Below, piece after piece: positions 45,230-46,861 of a stretch of DNA of 46,861 nucleotides (its first letter is position 1; each line of letters begins with the position of its first letter). The stretch covers positions 1 through 46,861 of the forward strand of contig JBBRLI010000023.1 of assembly GCA_038231455.1 (NCBI GenBank). Reading direction: 5' to 3'. The notes below the pieces were generated by a model. It did not search any database, was not told the origin of the DNA, and saw only the letters and a program-made list of their open reading frames with translations. Both the position numbers and the translations under genes were made by a program. Source of the DNA: Vulcanimicrobiales bacterium (GTDB taxonomy: Bacteria; Vulcanimicrobiota; Vulcanimicrobiia; Vulcanimicrobiales; Vulcanimicrobiaceae).

Positions 45230-45269
45230 AAGGTAAAGGCGCTCGAGTAAGATCGGGCGCCTTTATCTT
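45230..45269. terminator. Terminator-like hairpin ending the rpsF-ssb unit
   Basis: AAGGTAAAGGCGCTCGA-GTAAGA-TCGGGCGCCTTTATCTT, 17-bp stem with two G-U pairs. Confidence 0.7.
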
Positions 45270-45426
45270 GCCCGTATATGGATAATCGTCAACGAAGAAA
45301 ACAGGCTGAACAAAAGACAAACGACGCGCGAGGCCACTTGACGATACGGAACTGGAGATATCCAGACTCTTTTTTTGCAGCGAACGATCGAGTAATCGGG
45401 CGTTCTCGCTCGGTTCGTTTGCGAGC

Positions 45427-45951
45427 CTACATTTTCGGGATGCTCATGATCTCAATCGTCATAATCTTGTTACCGCCCTGATCGCCCTCACGGTGGAATC
45501 GAATGGTCGCACCTGAGACACTCCGCGTTGCCAGTTCGCCTTCGACCATCGTGACTTTTTTGCGGTCGATCTCGAAGAACGGCTTGCCGATCGGTGGGTT
45601 GCTAGCGTACAGGTAGACGGTCAATTTTTTCACACGCATGATCACACCAAACGGATTGACGCCGGCTTTGCTTTGCCGCACGCCGCCATGCGCGTCCAGA
45701 ACGCTGGTCTCGGTTACCCGATCGCAGGGGTCGTGGCGACTTCCCATTTTATAAGCCATGCTGACATGCCCACCGGGGCAGTATGACATCGTAACGGCCG
45801 TATCGCTGTTGTTAACCACGCGCAGAAGAATGTCGTTTGCATAGGGTACGGCTTTTACCGATTCGGGCACGGTCGCCGCAAACGTAGCAGCGAGGAGTGC
45901 GATGAGCACCCGAGGTTGCTGCCAACGGGGGTGTTTCGAACTGCGGTTCAT
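45427..45951 (-). CDS. Secreted hypothetical protein
   Basis: AGGGAG RBS, signal peptide ending VKA, two Cys, beta-rich mature part. Confidence 0.75.
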   Translation of the reverse strand: MNRSSKHPRWQQPRVLIALLAATFAATVPESVKAVPYANDILLRVVNNSDTAVTMSYCPGGHVSMAYKMGSRHDPCDRVTETSVLDAHGGVRQSKAGVNPFGVIMRVKKLTVYLYASNPPIGKPFFEIDRKKVTMVEGELATRSVSGATIRFHREGDQGGNKIMTIEIMSIPKM

Positions 45952-46038
45952 GGGCGGCTCCCTTTAAATGCGAGATGTGTGAAAAATGCCGTTTGTGTCG
46001 GTTCTGGCAAACGGACGTCTACCAAAACGTGACCGCTG

Positions 46039-46455
46039 TTACGGCGCTGGATACACGGCCGCATCGAATCCGTTGGCGTTGCGAAGTCCACCGCCGTTGA
46101 CGTAATTGACGACGAACTGCGATTTGGGCGTGTGTCGGCCAAGCATCGGCATCACGTCTGCCGGTTTCCCGCTGGCCATGATTTCCGTTATGAGGCATCC
46201 GCCCCGATAGGAGCTCATGGTTGTGTGGGTTGGCGTCACTTTTTTCGTTGCCGGATCGACCTTGGCTGGCGCTACCGTGAACGTGTCCTTGCGGCAGGCC
46301 GCGTAATGGATCGTTCCGGTAACGGAATACGGTAAGTAATTCGTGATGGTCGCGCGTGGATACGCGAAGGCCGGTGCGGAAATCGCGATAATCGGAGCGG
46401 TAAGGAGCAAAGTGCTGATAATCAGACGCTTTGTGGAACGAAAGCTGAACAACAT
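46039..46455 (-). CDS. Secreted hypothetical protein
   Basis: GGAGG before ATG 46455, signal peptide ending AFA, two Cys. Confidence 0.75.
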   Translation of the reverse strand: MLFSFRSTKRLIISTLLLTAPIIAISAPAFAYPRATITNYLPYSVTGTIHYAACRKDTFTVAPAKVDPATKKVTPTHTTMSSYRGGCLITEIMASGKPADVMPMLGRHTPKSQFVVNYVNGGGLRNANGFDAAVYPAP

Positions 46456-46738
46456 GAGCCTCCAAACGGAAGTAATGAACAAATCGAACTTGAGCGGAAG
46501 TGCAAAATAGTCCGGTTCGCATAAACGAACGGTGATCACAATGCCAATACGACGGAGCATTCCTCGGCTCCAAGCTCTTCGCCGGTTGCCGGGAAATACT
46601 TCCGAACGCGGGGAGCTCTTAGGACATCATCGGCCAACGCCGTTCTTCAAAAATTGAATCAGTCAGTTGCGAATCGCTCATCGGCGGAGCGCCATACCAT
46701 AGCGCTAACTGAGCACCGAAGGCCCGTCCGATACCCAC

Positions 46739-46786
46739 TTGACGAAATGGAAAGTGCTCAGTATACTACTTTCCATACTGGAAAGT
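46739..46786 (+). promoter_or_regulatory. Sigma70 promoter with overlapping palindromic operator
   Basis: TTGACG-N17-TATACT; ACTTTCCA-TAC-TGGAAAGT (46768-46786) plus a third TGGAAAGT half-site (46748-46755). Confidence 0.85.
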
Positions 46787-46795
46787 GAGGATGAT

Positions 46796-46861
46796 GTGAT
46801 CACAACCGAAGATGCTCGTGCATCGATCGAGCACGTCCAGGCCGTCCGACGTGATCTTGCG
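46796..46861 (+). CDS. 5' end of a gene (partial)
   Basis: GAGG RBS, GTG start, open to window end: MITTEDARASIEHVQAVRRDLA. Confidence 0.6.
   Translation, partial: MITTEDARASIEHVQAVRRDLA

Noticed and set aside
46615-46702. Fluoride-riboswitch-like words on the minus strand (GGTATGGCGCTCCGCC ... GCCGATGATGTCCTA)
   Set aside because: Pseudoknot pairing is poor and the downstream gene is not fluoride-related.
1-46861. CRISPR arrays, tRNA/rRNA genes, integron attC sites, prophage or defence genes
   Set aside because: None recognised by eye; intergenic regions are short and show no regularly spaced repeats.

Overview
High-GC chromosomal window, mostly housekeeping genes with accessory patches. 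Firmicutes-like gene neighbourhoods (secD-secF ... apt-relA; rpsF-ssb) together with a TolC and Gly/Ser-linker lipoproteins suggest a diderm Terrabacteria lineage such as Eremiobacterota/Vulcanimicrobiota (inference, not tested). Left to right: left end of an IS3-family element, wrbA, a stand-alone AraC domain, metF, a cupredoxin/Tat-metallophosphoesterase/ECF sigma/anti-sigma operon, an isolated fliQ-fliR-flhB-flhA export-gate cluster, two paralogous lipoproteins, a Fur-family regulator, secD-secF plus a HIRAN-RecQ-like helicase, a peptidase-rich block (S9, S33, clostripain-like, frameshifted zincin), three glycosyltransferases, apt-relA, a two-permease RND/TolC/MFP operon, rpsF-ssb without rpsR, and two orphan secreted proteins. 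The most striking hidden structure is the ~300-nt spacer between the lipoprotein genes. It is not ordinary intergenic DNA: it holds a 153-nt copy of the fur 3' end fused directly to two short flhA fragments, diverged mainly at synonymous sites. The locus therefore reads flhA-lipoA-fur'|flhA'-lipoB-fur, consistent with a second allele of a variable lipoprotein slot having been captured together with its flanks.
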